From positions 1-45,927 of the forward strand of contig JAQUKS010000003.1 of NCBI GenBank assembly GCA_028718965.1: a stretch of DNA of 45,927 bases, read 5' to 3'. The stretch is from Minisyncoccota bacterium. GTDB taxonomy: Bacteria > Patescibacteriota > Minisyncoccia > Minisyncoccales > CG1-02-41-26. A model generated the notes under the pieces. That model saw only the letters and a list, made by a program, of their open reading frames with translations. It was not told where the DNA came from and ran no database searches. Positions 19,301 to 26,300 of the stretch are shown one piece after another (within the stretch, counting starts at the first letter, position 1; every line of letters begins with the position of its first letter). Made by a program: the position numbers and the translations under genes.

Positions 19301-21820
19301 TACGGCGCGGCCACCACTTTGGCAGGCAATGTAATCGGCCTTAATCTGGACTTGTCCAGCAATGTTACCCCGGGTTCTTACAATCTTACCGGTTCAAAAA
19401 TCATTTTGCCGTCAGGCGGCACGGGCACCAATACTTTTGCCCAGTATTACGAGGGTTCAAGTGAGCTTTACAATATCGGCTCGGTTTCGGCCCAGTTCAA
19501 TGTGCCGGCGAGCTTCAACGCGGCCGGAGATGTTTCATTGGCTTATGATTTGATAATGAGCAACGGTTCGGCCTCTTACATAAAATTCCAGGGCCCGGGT
19601 TATATAAAAACCGAGGATGCTTCGGGGAATTATGACCTCACGGTTTCAGCTGCCAACGCGGGCAATGTCGTCATCCTGGAAGACGCTTCGACCACTGCTT
19701 CGACGATTGGCTTGGAAATCGTCAACTCGAGCATCAATCAGACGACCGACGGCTTGAGCAAATACGGCCTTTATATCGACAGCTCAACCGGCGACTTTGC
19801 CGGAAGCTCGGGAACGAACACGGTTAACTATGGTCTCTATGTGGTTCAGCCAGCCGGGGCTGACCTCAATTACGCGGCTGTTTTCGCCGGCGGAAGCGTG
19901 GGTATTGGTACTTCTTCGCCTCTGGCCGCCTTGGACATCTATTCTGCCTCGACCCAGTTGAGGATAGCCAGCTCAACCGGCTTTGCCAAGTTTTACCTTG
20001 ATTACACTGGTAATCTCAACATAGACACTGCTTTCTCGACTACTTCGGCTTTTCAAATCACCTCTTCCAATATTGTCGCCAATCAGCCGATGTCTTTCAA
20101 CTCGCCCGGAGATGTTTCTTTTTCCTATGATCTGCTTATGGCTAATCCTTCATCTGCCTATTTCAAGTTTTCGGGAGCCGGCTACATCCTTACCGAATCT
20201 CCTTTCGGAAATTATAATCTTACTTTGTCGGCCGCCAATGCTGGAAAAGTGGTCGTTGACGATGACCTTCAGATAACCGGCCAGACGCAGTTCGTTGCCA
20301 CGAGTACCCAGACGGTTTCGACCACCACGGCTGTTCAGGTCGGTGGAGCGACATATGTGACGCTCACCGCCACCAGCTCGGTTATTTTGAGCTCCGCTCC
20401 GACCATTGCCGACGGCGTTAATGGTCAGATAGTCATTATCCGCGGCGCTTCAACCACAGCCACCGTAACCGTTCAGGATCAGGATACATTGGCCTCAAGT
20501 AATCTGCAGCTTGGCTCTACCAACCGCCAGCTGGGCAATGGCGACACTTTGGCTCTGATGTTCAATGGCACGGACTGGGTGGAGCTTTGGTTCTCGGGCG
20601 GCATTGACGCTGATTATGCCGAAATGTATAGGATAAGCGATGATGTTGAAGCTGGTGAGATTGTTTCCTTCGGTGATGATTATCTTAAAGTAGGCAAGGC
20701 CAAACTGGGTGATAAGTCGCTGGCCGGCGTCATTTCCGCCCAGCCCGCATATTTGATCGGTCAGGAATTCAGCTATGAAATGCAGATGCCGGTGGCCCTG
20801 GCCGGACGGGTGCCGGTCAAGGTTTCTTTGGAAGCTGGCGAGATCAAGAAAGGAGACATTCTGGTGCCCTCGACCCGACCCGGCTTTGCCATGAGGTTCA
20901 ATCAGGATTATTTGAAGACGATCGGCGCTTCCAGCACTTTTGATTTGGAAAACATACCGGTGGTCGGTATCGCTCTTGAGGATTATGCGACCTCCAGCCA
21001 GGCGAGCGAATTTTCCGAAACGATTTACAAAACCTATAAGCTCAAATTTAAAAATGAAGCCGATAGAGCCGAGATAAACCGCCTTAACGCCAAATACAAG
21101 ATTAGGGATTTGAGCGGGAATCTTTCCGTTTCCGAGGCCTCGACTGGCTGGCAGCTTGTTGAGATAAGAGCCGAATATGCGGATAAATATCTTGCTTCGT
21201 CTCTCGTCGAGATATCGCAGTGGGTTTCCGATAATACGGTGCGCCAAGATAATCCCGAATTTCGTTCTCCGGAAAAGCAGACGGTTCTCTCCATGCTTAA
21301 GTCCGGTTTTATAGGATTATCCTCGGTTTCCAGGCTCACTGTCGAGGAGGAGGACGGCAAGTTAGTGGTCAAGGCCGCCGGAGGGCTGTTTGATCTCGGT
21401 TTGGAGATTTTAAGCGATGGCACGGTCCGGGTGGCCAAACTGGAGGTAGGGGAATTGCAGGTCGGCTCGTCTGAAAAAAGGACCGGTATAACCATTTATG
21501 ATGAAGATACCGGCCAGCCGTATTGTTTGAAGATGAAGGCTGGGGCGATGGTCTCGCTGGCCGGAAAATGCGGCCAGGAAGAAGCGGAGATCATATCAGT
21601 GCCCGAAGCGCCCGCTCTTGAGCCGGAGGAGACGGAAAGCGAATCAGTGAGTCAGCCGGAGGAGGAAATCGAAGAAGTTGAAACGGAAACGCCAGCAGAG
21701 GCGGAGGAGGAAGAGGTGCAAACAGCAGAACCGGCCGCTGATGAGCAATCTGACCAGGAGCAAGTCGAAGAACAAACCGAAGAGCAGGTCCAGCCAAGCG
21801 AACAGGACGCGCAAGAGTAA
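10313..21820 (+). CDS. giant (3,835 aa) membrane-anchored fibre/adhesin-like protein: 2x HTH - TM - duplicated helical module - tail-fibre-like repeats - Peptidase_G2-like C-terminal block - acidic tail
   Basis: A single uninterrupted 11,508-nt ORF. Its modules:
- aa 11-57 and 83-128: duplicated HTH-like modules (..GKL(K/R)A(I/V)KIGRNWLTKKEWV..).
- aa 184-203: one hydrophobic helix preceded by KAKK.
- 19 copies of the (N/R)VGIGT(S/T)(S/T)PxAKLxVxG motif.
- Seven 17-aa NTTGYxNSAMGxNALxS repeats.
- C-terminal GGIDADYAEMY...AGVISAQPAYLIG...VALAGRVPVKV block.
- Last ~80 aa roughly 40 percent Glu.
It is Ser/Thr/Gly/Asn/Ala-rich throughout. Confidence 0.9.
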   Translation: MTEQEIKVNNYISLAEAAAIYTEHSQEYLSLRARQGKLKAIKIGRNWLTKKEWVEKYVSQVSDKNGNNGSIRVSDTFQEEKPVYLSLAEAEIYSGYSQEYLGLRARQGKLRAVKIGRNWLTKKEWVDDYKIKLGISERRLPVEPGLTKITAIGRIGRLPQPGKLFHPIKEAFQNFIFIIKAKKPAMILGAFLIFCSAGLAAGYPYAENFMRSLSGHSETQLGSIVLRATEFAGLLENSVSKDYQKAYWTAEKFSEKFYRIKNSFAWAVSRSLINLEKSVRQNRDNLTNIVTASEILEDYLEKSMAVSCSSTWQDFRNKNNLAQGFINRFTADEYQRRKQKADDFAEQLAAGWGDVESSLSDIGLELKRVAEDYSSLAADNLRYGNYFLQSYLAGEWERFQQQSYELFALSRGAKHTVEKFFAAGQEKTFEYRNSISSRTFGRLEFIENEFFADVTASRQSFYDFAAKAFETGLQQKQKADDFAEQLAAGWGDAKLFLSYASLKLKRVAEDYSSLAADNLRYNSQAVSYHVNQWGDVIADRLEDLSGDLIIGVTERVSSFIAQASLKTEDAAYAIAYVTGYLASSGADNFQQTTQSLWGKIISSADAVDNKIVEGVQNTMDRLRFLTYISDKVGEDIKNGYEFVMNPWWKGETRPIAEKPSRTINIEPFDPFPDDDEEEAVEEEQVLPASAEQSIVQVSPVKGTSESAPRETLIQPTKEITREILRIDDASLALLKGQVTELQKNYASIVGLQDLAAKIQSVPPVYSVAAASPVYVGSTGIQVGGGANLNTLGVSGSVGIRNLSVGGSAEIGETSSDVLTVNAFADFLSDVIVRKDLEIAGDLTIGGSQSGGGVVSFSASSSSPILTLNQTGSGQIAQFKDAGNVVFEIAKGGAITITSTSSPQLRVAYDGSNYLILEVSSTGDVSATSTGALSLTANAASVWQVVSAPLTIKTDTSGDIILSSAGNLTQKFATSSAYGLYQGEIARLAINTAGDVSLTASSTISLTGNVGIGTSSPVAKLAVEGNTFFRGNTTTTGDFFVGGNTTTTNLYISNILTAGYLDVAGNATTTGNLFVGGNATTSGDHFIGGSLQVNGSSIVLGTSSTAYLVVNSAVASDFVPDQNAVRNLGSPAYFWDFVYTGTLVATSIEAASSTLGGTASANFVLNADNITADNENANLIFFRGTVVPNALITWDSTADRFDINQPFFIQNDSSTTTVISLDVWGSAGQSADLFRVSSSSDDAFLNVTSAGNVGIGTSSPVARFAVEGDSFLRGNATTTGIFYTEEGMTSAGNISVNTADVVLDSGNLNITSGGITLTDGNFNLNNGNLSLDANSSFYVASLTQGSIPFIGSGGMLLEDNSNLYWNDTTNRLGVGTTTPAAKLDVWGSFQVGTSTTPVLTPLFIANTGSATVGIGTSTPAAKFSIAGSSGVNAFNVASSSGASMLMVDQYGNVGIGTSSPGAKLEIAGNKDATEFVVRANSSQSNTNPLIKLLSNGGTELLRIHSDNANNLFVGTNTGRVNNVSGVGSQGLFNAFVGANAGFSNTTGYQNSAMGANALYSNNTGYTNSAMGFNSLFFNTTGYQNAAMGANALYSNISGYTNTAVGSSALYLNTAGYGNSALGVSAMLSNTTGYDNLAAGNSALLSNTTGYSNVALGSYALFGNLPTSKAITAFTDAGGGNTTVTSESHNLNNGTIVQIYGTTNYNGSYTISGVTADTFNIVKAFVADDATGWWGIDSEGRYNVALGGNAGRSNTTGSANTFIGYNAGYTGTSASLTNAACLGYECQVAASSALILGGTGVNAVKVGVGTTTPNYVLDILGASGTGSLHIASSSGSSMLAVNEYGNVGIGTTTPSANFHVVGTATTNLFQVTRTGVGTFGMLFDANAGNGVSLRFSGTNFVRSSGNGGFSVGSYASSASGSAAPENGIIVSGKVGIATTSPVAKLAVEGDTFFRGNTTTTGNLFIGGNATTTDLYVSNVLTAGYLNVNGTTTIAGNLVPSATNTYNVGTTNYRWNEGWFSTVNIGTSTWSINQPDNQRLSFWNSSSGAGVEKLTITQTGSLGISTSSPSALLAITGTSSVASFAIASSTGASLFMVGQYGNVGIGTSSPSARLDILARAAWPSLHIASSTGANQLSINEYGLLSFGLPDNQTSAMTIGENSNTYLTFDTTDGAEKIVMGKNMEIGPLEIDADSGAVNFVNMNIVATSSATGTAESLSVALDGNAVLTVYGESTGYTANLQNARVGIGTTTPTALLSVAGNPYSTSPLLRISTSTTEALYIDIAGNVGIGTTSPQAKLHTDSRETGASAVTPTYYYQQAQNYYLAPSGDASYSVYYGQSEDVYLDSSNTYPIAAIGGNNVTVQLQGSGVITSGDGIVSNLSNYATSTALKTIWANGVNYNRASSFFYGLQANVSNWANSSGTGNITTARAGRFRLQNYAQNDSGATGAANMTTAQVVYANIENGATGVVGYNGTIGTAAGFYYDLENSAGGQIGTSYGAYFAAPTNAGTITNHYGIYLADQTVSGTTNNFSIYSAGGTNYFGGNVGIGTSTPQTKLDVVGSFRVGTSTTPLITPTFMVDTGSQRVGIGTSTPNYRLDILGLAGTDSFHVASSTGSSMLTLNQAGSLKINNRLIVSPTGNSYYDDTGIAENGPAIYLNRSIGAENSTNEHGIIDYTNFNRSTKAYASFDVQTRLTGTYNYNHFVGFQNRGDMASSGTLDNYYAFLSVPRGDAGTITNYYHFTNNDATYAVSSAIDNEYGLYVKSLNGTNKFGVYVQSDKSYFGGNVGIGTTTPQVKLHLYDNTNVITGLRVENISSGTVADARLSTYDASGHYFVISTPGTGNTGSSIFGLARTSADFIFNTSGTTRDLAIGTTDAKSLILGTNNAERLRISSSGNVGIGTTTPATKLDVWGSLQVGTSSRPVLYANTGSGYVGLGTTTPNYNLDILGTSGVGSLHIASSSGATMLVVNEYGNVGIGTSSPAARLDITENRTLGTIINANYGAATTLAGNVIGLNLDLSSNVTPGSYNLTGSKIILPSGGTGTNTFAQYYEGSSELYNIGSVSAQFNVPASFNAAGDVSLAYDLIMSNGSASYIKFQGPGYIKTEDASGNYDLTVSAANAGNVVILEDASTTASTIGLEIVNSSINQTTDGLSKYGLYIDSSTGDFAGSSGTNTVNYGLYVVQPAGADLNYAAVFAGGSVGIGTSSPLAALDIYSASTQLRIASSTGFAKFYLDYTGNLNIDTAFSTTSAFQITSSNIVANQPMSFNSPGDVSFSYDLLMANPSSAYFKFSGAGYILTESPFGNYNLTLSAANAGKVVVDDDLQITGQTQFVATSTQTVSTTTAVQVGGATYVTLTATSSVILSSAPTIADGVNGQIVIIRGASTTATVTVQDQDTLASSNLQLGSTNRQLGNGDTLALMFNGTDWVELWFSGGIDADYAEMYRISDDVEAGEIVSFGDDYLKVGKAKLGDKSLAGVISAQPAYLIGQEFSYEMQMPVALAGRVPVKVSLEAGEIKKGDILVPSTRPGFAMRFNQDYLKTIGASSTFDLENIPVVGIALEDYATSSQASEFSETIYKTYKLKFKNEADRAEINRLNAKYKIRDLSGNLSVSEASTGWQLVEIRAEYADKYLASSLVEISQWVSDNTVRQDNPEFRSPEKQTVLSMLKSGFIGLSSVSRLTVEEEDGKLVVKAAGGLFDLGLEILSDGTVRVAKLEVGELQVGSSEKRTGITIYDEDTGQPYCLKMKAGAMVSLAGKCGQEEAEIISVPEAPALEPEETESESVSQPEEEIEEVETETPAEAEEEEVQTAEPAADEQSDQEQVEEQTEEQVQPSEQDAQE
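10434..10692 (+). repeat. 43-nt perfect direct repeat pair (10434-10476 and 10650-10692) inside the duplicated HTH modules
   Basis: taaaaatcggccgaaactggctcactaagaaagaatgggtcga occurs twice, 216 nt apart and in frame. It encodes (A)(I/V)KIGRNWLTKKEWV in both HTH copies. Confidence 0.95.
11323..11787 (+). repeat. 51-nt perfect direct repeat pair (11323-11373 and 11737-11787), core of a 414-nt (138-aa) tandem-like duplication
   Basis: aaaacaaaaagccgatgatttcgccgagcagctggcggcaggctggggaga occurs twice. A second near-identical block (aaacgcgtcgcggaagattattcgtc[g/a]ctggccgctgataatttgcg) follows in both copies. The protein reads KQKADDFAEQLAAGWGD...LKRVAEDYSSLAADNLRY twice. Confidence 0.95.
14939..15295 (+). 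repeat. seven tandem 51-nt (17-aa) coding repeats within the giant gene
   Basis: NTTGYQNSAMGANALYS / NNTGYTNSAMGFNSLFF / NTTGYQNAAMGANALYS / NISGYTNTAVGSSALYL / NTAGYGNSALGVSAMLS / NTTGYDNLAAGNSALLS / NTTGYSNVALGSYALFG (aa 1543-1661). Confidence 0.9.
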
Positions 21821-21823
21821 AGT

Positions 21824-21846
21824 TTGTCGGTATCTGGTATCGACAG
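21824..21846 (+). repeat. REP-A hairpin copy 1 (ttgtcggta-tctgg-tatcgacag)
   Basis: A 9-bp stem (two G-U pairs) with a 5-nt loop, 3 nt after the giant-gene stop and 10 nt before the LamG-A start. It is an identical 23-mer to copy 3 (32451-32473). Confidence 0.85.
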
Positions 21847-21856
21847 CTAAAAACTT

Positions 21857-23344
21857 ATGTCAAGATTTGCCAAACAATCGTTATTTATTTTTTTGAGCTT
21901 TGCTATCTTGGTGACAGGGGCTTTAGTTATCTGGGCCGCCAACGCCGGAGGCAATTTGAAAATCAACCCTTATTTGGGCCATGATTTGGATTTAAATGCC
22001 GCTTATTATGCCCAGGCGGCCAACAACACGGTGCACGATATTACCACCCAGGACATTTCAATATCGGCCTGGGTTAAGATGGATACCGATAGCTCGGGAA
22101 CGATGTATATCCTGTCTAAGTATTTTCCCGGATACGCCTTGTATCTGGTCAATAATGCGGTTGACGCTGTGATTCGTGACGCAGAAGATACTTATCAGAT
22201 ATATAGAAGCAGCGGCGTTGAAATAAGGGATAATAAATGGCATCATCTGGCAGCTGTTTTTGACAGGGATACGGCCGGAAACTGCAGGGTTTTTATTGAC
22301 GGCCAGGAAAGCGGAGAAACGGTGAGAACGGGAACGCTGGCCAACATTGGTTCGATCAGTAACGCCTCCACCTTAGCCATCGGCCGGCGGTCCGGGTCAA
22401 CGAGCAATTACCTTGACGGCCAGGTGCGCGATGTCAAACTGTATTATGCTTCGGCTGACCACTGGACCGACAGCCAGATATTGTATCAATACCAGCACCC
22501 CTTTGATTACACTGGCACGGCCGGAACCACCGGTTCTTTGACCGACTACTGGAGATGCGACGAGGGGAGTGAGACAACTTTGTATGGTAAGGTGAATAAC
22601 CTTACTTTGTCATCGGCATCGGCTTGGTCTATACAACCTAAATTAAAAAACAATCCGAGCTCTACTGCCAAAGTCAAAGTATCCACCGGTCTGGTGGGAT
22701 ACTGGAAACTGGACGATGATTCGACAAGCTCAACCTCAGTCATTGATTACTCGGGCAAAGGCAACACCGGCACGGCCTACTCATCAACAGCCACCACCAC
22801 TTCCGTCCTTTCCACCACCACGGCCCAGATAGGCCGGGCGATGTATTTTGACGGGGTGAATGATCGTGTCTACGGAGGTGCTGGAGACAGTTTTAATTTT
22901 TCTTCTACCAATAAACTTACAGTTTCAGCTTGGGTTAAAATGGATGCGGATACCGGAACCAATCAAACTATATCCGGTAATTGGAGTTATCATCGCTTTC
23001 TTATCAAGCCCACTCTTTTATATTTTGGTTACTGGAATACCGCCGGGATAGAGCAAATAGTTTCCAATACTTATACTTTTGATCTGAATCAGTGGTATTA
23101 TGTGGCGGTGACGGTAAATGATAATGTTGTCACAAAGTATATTAATGGTGTTAGATCTTCTGATTCTCCGGCTATCAAAACCGGAACAATAAAAACTGGA
23201 AATCATGGAGTTTATATTGGCGCTCAAGACGGAAACGCTTATTGGTTTAGCGGCCTCATCGACGACGTCCGCATCTACAACTACGCCAGATCGGCCGAGC
23301 AGATTTTGCAGGATTACCAGCGCGGCCTCAACCATCTACCCTAA
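21857..23344 (+). CDS. anchored LamG-domain protein A (2 LamG/ConA-like domains)
   Basis: N-terminal MSRFAKQSLFIFLSFAILVTGALVIWA (basic head + TM). There are two jelly-roll-type units, ending GQVRDVKLYYASADHWTDSQILYQY and GLIDDVRIYNYARSAEQILQDYQRG. The second is the canonical Laminin_G_3 C-terminal motif. Confidence 0.85.
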   Translation: MSRFAKQSLFIFLSFAILVTGALVIWAANAGGNLKINPYLGHDLDLNAAYYAQAANNTVHDITTQDISISAWVKMDTDSSGTMYILSKYFPGYALYLVNNAVDAVIRDAEDTYQIYRSSGVEIRDNKWHHLAAVFDRDTAGNCRVFIDGQESGETVRTGTLANIGSISNASTLAIGRRSGSTSNYLDGQVRDVKLYYASADHWTDSQILYQYQHPFDYTGTAGTTGSLTDYWRCDEGSETTLYGKVNNLTLSSASAWSIQPKLKNNPSSTAKVKVSTGLVGYWKLDDDSTSSTSVIDYSGKGNTGTAYSSTATTTSVLSTTTAQIGRAMYFDGVNDRVYGGAGDSFNFSSTNKLTVSAWVKMDADTGTNQTISGNWSYHRFLIKPTLLYFGYWNTAGIEQIVSNTYTFDLNQWYYVAVTVNDNVVTKYINGVRSSDSPAIKTGTIKTGNHGVYIGAQDGNAYWFSGLIDDVRIYNYARSAEQILQDYQRGLNHLP

Positions 23345-23348
23345 CTAA

Positions 23349-23376
23349 GCCTTGTGAGGGTCAGACCCTCACAGGC
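23349..23376 (+). terminator. strong hairpin between LamG-A and LamG-B (possible terminator/processing site)
   Basis: gcc-t-tgtgagggt cag accctcaca-ggc: a 9-bp perfect stem plus a 3-bp extension, with loop cag, followed by tgtttatt (a weak T tract). It is unrelated in sequence to REP-A and REP-B. Confidence 0.4.
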
Positions 23377-23388
23377 TGTTTATTAGAC

Positions 23389-26300
23389 ATGAAACTTTTT
23401 TCCAAACAATTATTGTTTATCGTCATTGCCGTTGTTATTCTGGCGACCGGAGCGGTTTTGATTTTCGCCATAAGCAGCAAAGGTATTCCGCCGATTGCCC
23501 TTTGGAAACTGGATGAAGGTAGCGGATCTTCCGTTTATGATAGCAGGAACAATGTTGCTGTCGGTAGGCTGGTCAATTCAGATGCTTCGCCAGCCACCTC
23601 AACCATGTGGGTGAGTGGTGTTTTTGGCACGGCTTTGAACTTTGACGGCGTCAATGACTATGTGGCCATAGGCAGTATTTCTTCTACCAGCTCCGGTTCG
23701 ATTTCCGCTTGGATAAAGCCGTCCGGAACTTATACCGGCTCCCAGGTAGTCGCGGCCGCGGTTTCCGCCGCGGGCGCTAACGAATCGGTAAGATATGAAC
23801 TCGGGGCGAGGGGCGCCGCTATATGTGCCAGCGGCGACTGGTTCACTGCTTTGGGCAACGGAACGACTTATCAGTTCGTTTGTTCCGGGCAGGTATACAA
23901 TTCGACCAATTTTCCTTCCGGCGTATGGGTGCATTTGTCCGTTACCTATGACGGCAGTAATGTGAGGTTTTACAAAAATGGCGCTTTGGTATCAACCGTT
24001 GCCCAGACAGTGAGCGCGGCCGGGGATGCCCAGCCATTTTCAATAGGCAGGACCGGAGGGTATAACGGAGGGTATTTTTCCGGTTCAATCGACGATGTGC
24101 GCATATACAACTACGCCCGCAATGCCGATCAGGTGAGACAGGATTATAATGCCGGAAAAGCGCTCTACGCGGGCCCCAGGGCTGTTGACTGCGAAAGCAA
24201 CCCGGCTGACTGCGTCAACAAGGGTCTGGTCGCTTACTGGGATCTCGACGAAATGTCCGGCCAGACAGCCAAAGACAAGACAGGCAACAATAACAACGCC
24301 ACCCTGGGAGCCAATTCCAGCCCTGCAGGCGACGATCCGACATGGTCCAGGGGTATCCAGCCCTTGTCAGGCGGCAAGACAGGCGGGGGAGGCCTTTATT
24401 TCGACGGCAGCAATGATTATGCGGTGGTAAGCGACGCCGATTCTTTGAGGGGAATGAGTGAGTTGACGGTTTCGGCCTGGGTGAAACTGAACGCTTACGT
24501 GGGCACCCAGGGAGCGAGAATCGTCCAGAAAGAGGCGGCCGCAATCGGCGATAACGGGAGTTATTGGCTAAGGGAAACGCCTTCGAACGATGCTGTTCCC
24601 AATACTTTTGGCTTTGCCATACAAGATACCACTACCGCTTTCAAAGAAATCAAAGACACGGCAACGCCTTCTCTTGACGTTTGGTATCACATTGTGGGAG
24701 TTTACAAGGCCGGCGATTTTATGAAGATGTATAGGAACGGCGTTGAAATAAGCACCAGTTCGGCAGCCGGCTATGGCGCGATAAGCGCTGAGCCCTACAA
24801 TTTGTTTGTCGGCTCGACCGGTACCCCGGGCAGATTTTTCAGGGGAACGATCGATAACGTGCGAGTTTACAACCGGGCGCTTTCGGTCGCTGAGGTGCGT
24901 TATCTTTATAATCAGGCGGGGCCTGTTGTCTGGTGGAAATTCGACGAATCGAGCTGGGCTTCAAGCAGTGGGGAGGTTAAAGACAGCGCGGGCAGTTACA
25001 ATGGGGCAGGCGTCAACGGGGCCAATACCACTTCAACAGCTGTTTTCGGCATGGCCGGAGTTTTTAACGGCAGCGATGACTATGTGGACGTGGGCACGGT
25101 GAGCATATCAGACAACGTTCCTTGGAGCGTGAGCTTGTGGATAAATGTGAGCAGTTTTGCCAGTTATCGAGGCATTTACGGCAACGCTTATACGGCCAGC
25201 AATTATACCCGGCTTATGCTTAATAATGTCGGCAATATTTATTTGTATAACGATGCCAACAGTTCCGCTGATTGGACTTCAACCGGCCTGGCTGCCGGAA
25301 GCTGGCAGCATTTGGCTGTCACTTGCGACGGCCAGACAACGGCCAATTGCTATGCTTATGTCAACGGCAAGGCATTGGCGGTAAAAACCCTGGCCAACTC
25401 CTCCCAGACCATTAAAAAAATCGGCAACTACGGCACGGCGTCCGAAGGCGTGTTCAGTGGTTTGATAGATAATTTTCGCATCTATAATTATGCCTTAACG
25501 GCCGATCAGGTCCGGCGCGATTACAACGGCGGCAAAGCTCTTTATGCCGGGGGCGGTTCGATACCCTCGGGCATTAGCTGCGATACCAACCCGGCCGCCT
25601 GTATTGCCGATGGTCTGGTCGCTTACTGGGATCTCGACGAAATGTCCGGCCAGACAGCCAAAGACAAGACAGGCAACAATAACAACGCCACCCTGGGAGC
25701 CAATTCCAGCCCTGCAGGCGACGATCCGACATGGTCCAGGGGTATCCAGCCCTTGTCAGGCGGCAAGACAGGCGGGGGAGGCCTTTATTTCGACGGCAGC
25801 AATGATTATGCCACCGGCACCTTGAGCACGCTTGTTGCTCCTTATTCGGTGGCGGGCTGGGTTAAGATAGATTCCACTTATCCGGCTAGCGAGGGCAGGT
25901 ATTTCTTTTGCCTCAATAGCGGAGGAAATGTGCCTTGCTTTTCGCCTCATTATTATAATAGCAGCAAACCCCTTATTTATCTTAATACCAGCAATTACCG
26001 TTATGGCTCCACTGATCTTAATGACAGTAGATGGCATCACATCGTTTTTATCGTGACCGGCAGCGGCCAGAGCGACATTTCAAACGCCAAAATTTACATT
26101 GACGGTAAAGAAGAAACATACGGCACTACTTTGGCCACTGACAGCCCGGTTTCTCCGGGGACTAATTTCAGTATTGGTAGCGGCAAGTATAAGGGCTGGT
26201 TGGATGGAGTGCGTGTTTATAACCGTGTTTTGTCGGCCGCCGAGGTGCGTTATCAATACAACCAGAGCAAGCCGGTGGCTCACTGGAAAATGGACGAGGG

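Noticed and set aside
20495-21247. A 250-aa ORF antisense to the 3' part of the giant gene. Similar long antisense ORFs occur at 15362-15883, 29190-29744, 30423-30848, 34738-35292, 35891-36412 and 1429-1950.
   Set aside because: All lie entirely inside strongly supported + strand genes with clear family motifs. Their translations are low-complexity (Arg/Gly/Pro/Ser-rich) with no recognisable motifs. These are typical shadow ORFs of stop-poor reverse frames.
24149-25825. Two alternative-frame ORFs (24149-24430 and 25544-25825) with identical 65-aa cores, which could look like a conserved overlapping gene.
   Set aside because: Their identity is a trivial consequence of the 200-bp perfect DNA repeat inside LamG-B. 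The translations are Pro/Arg/Thr-rich nonsense, and the main frame has the LamG motifs.
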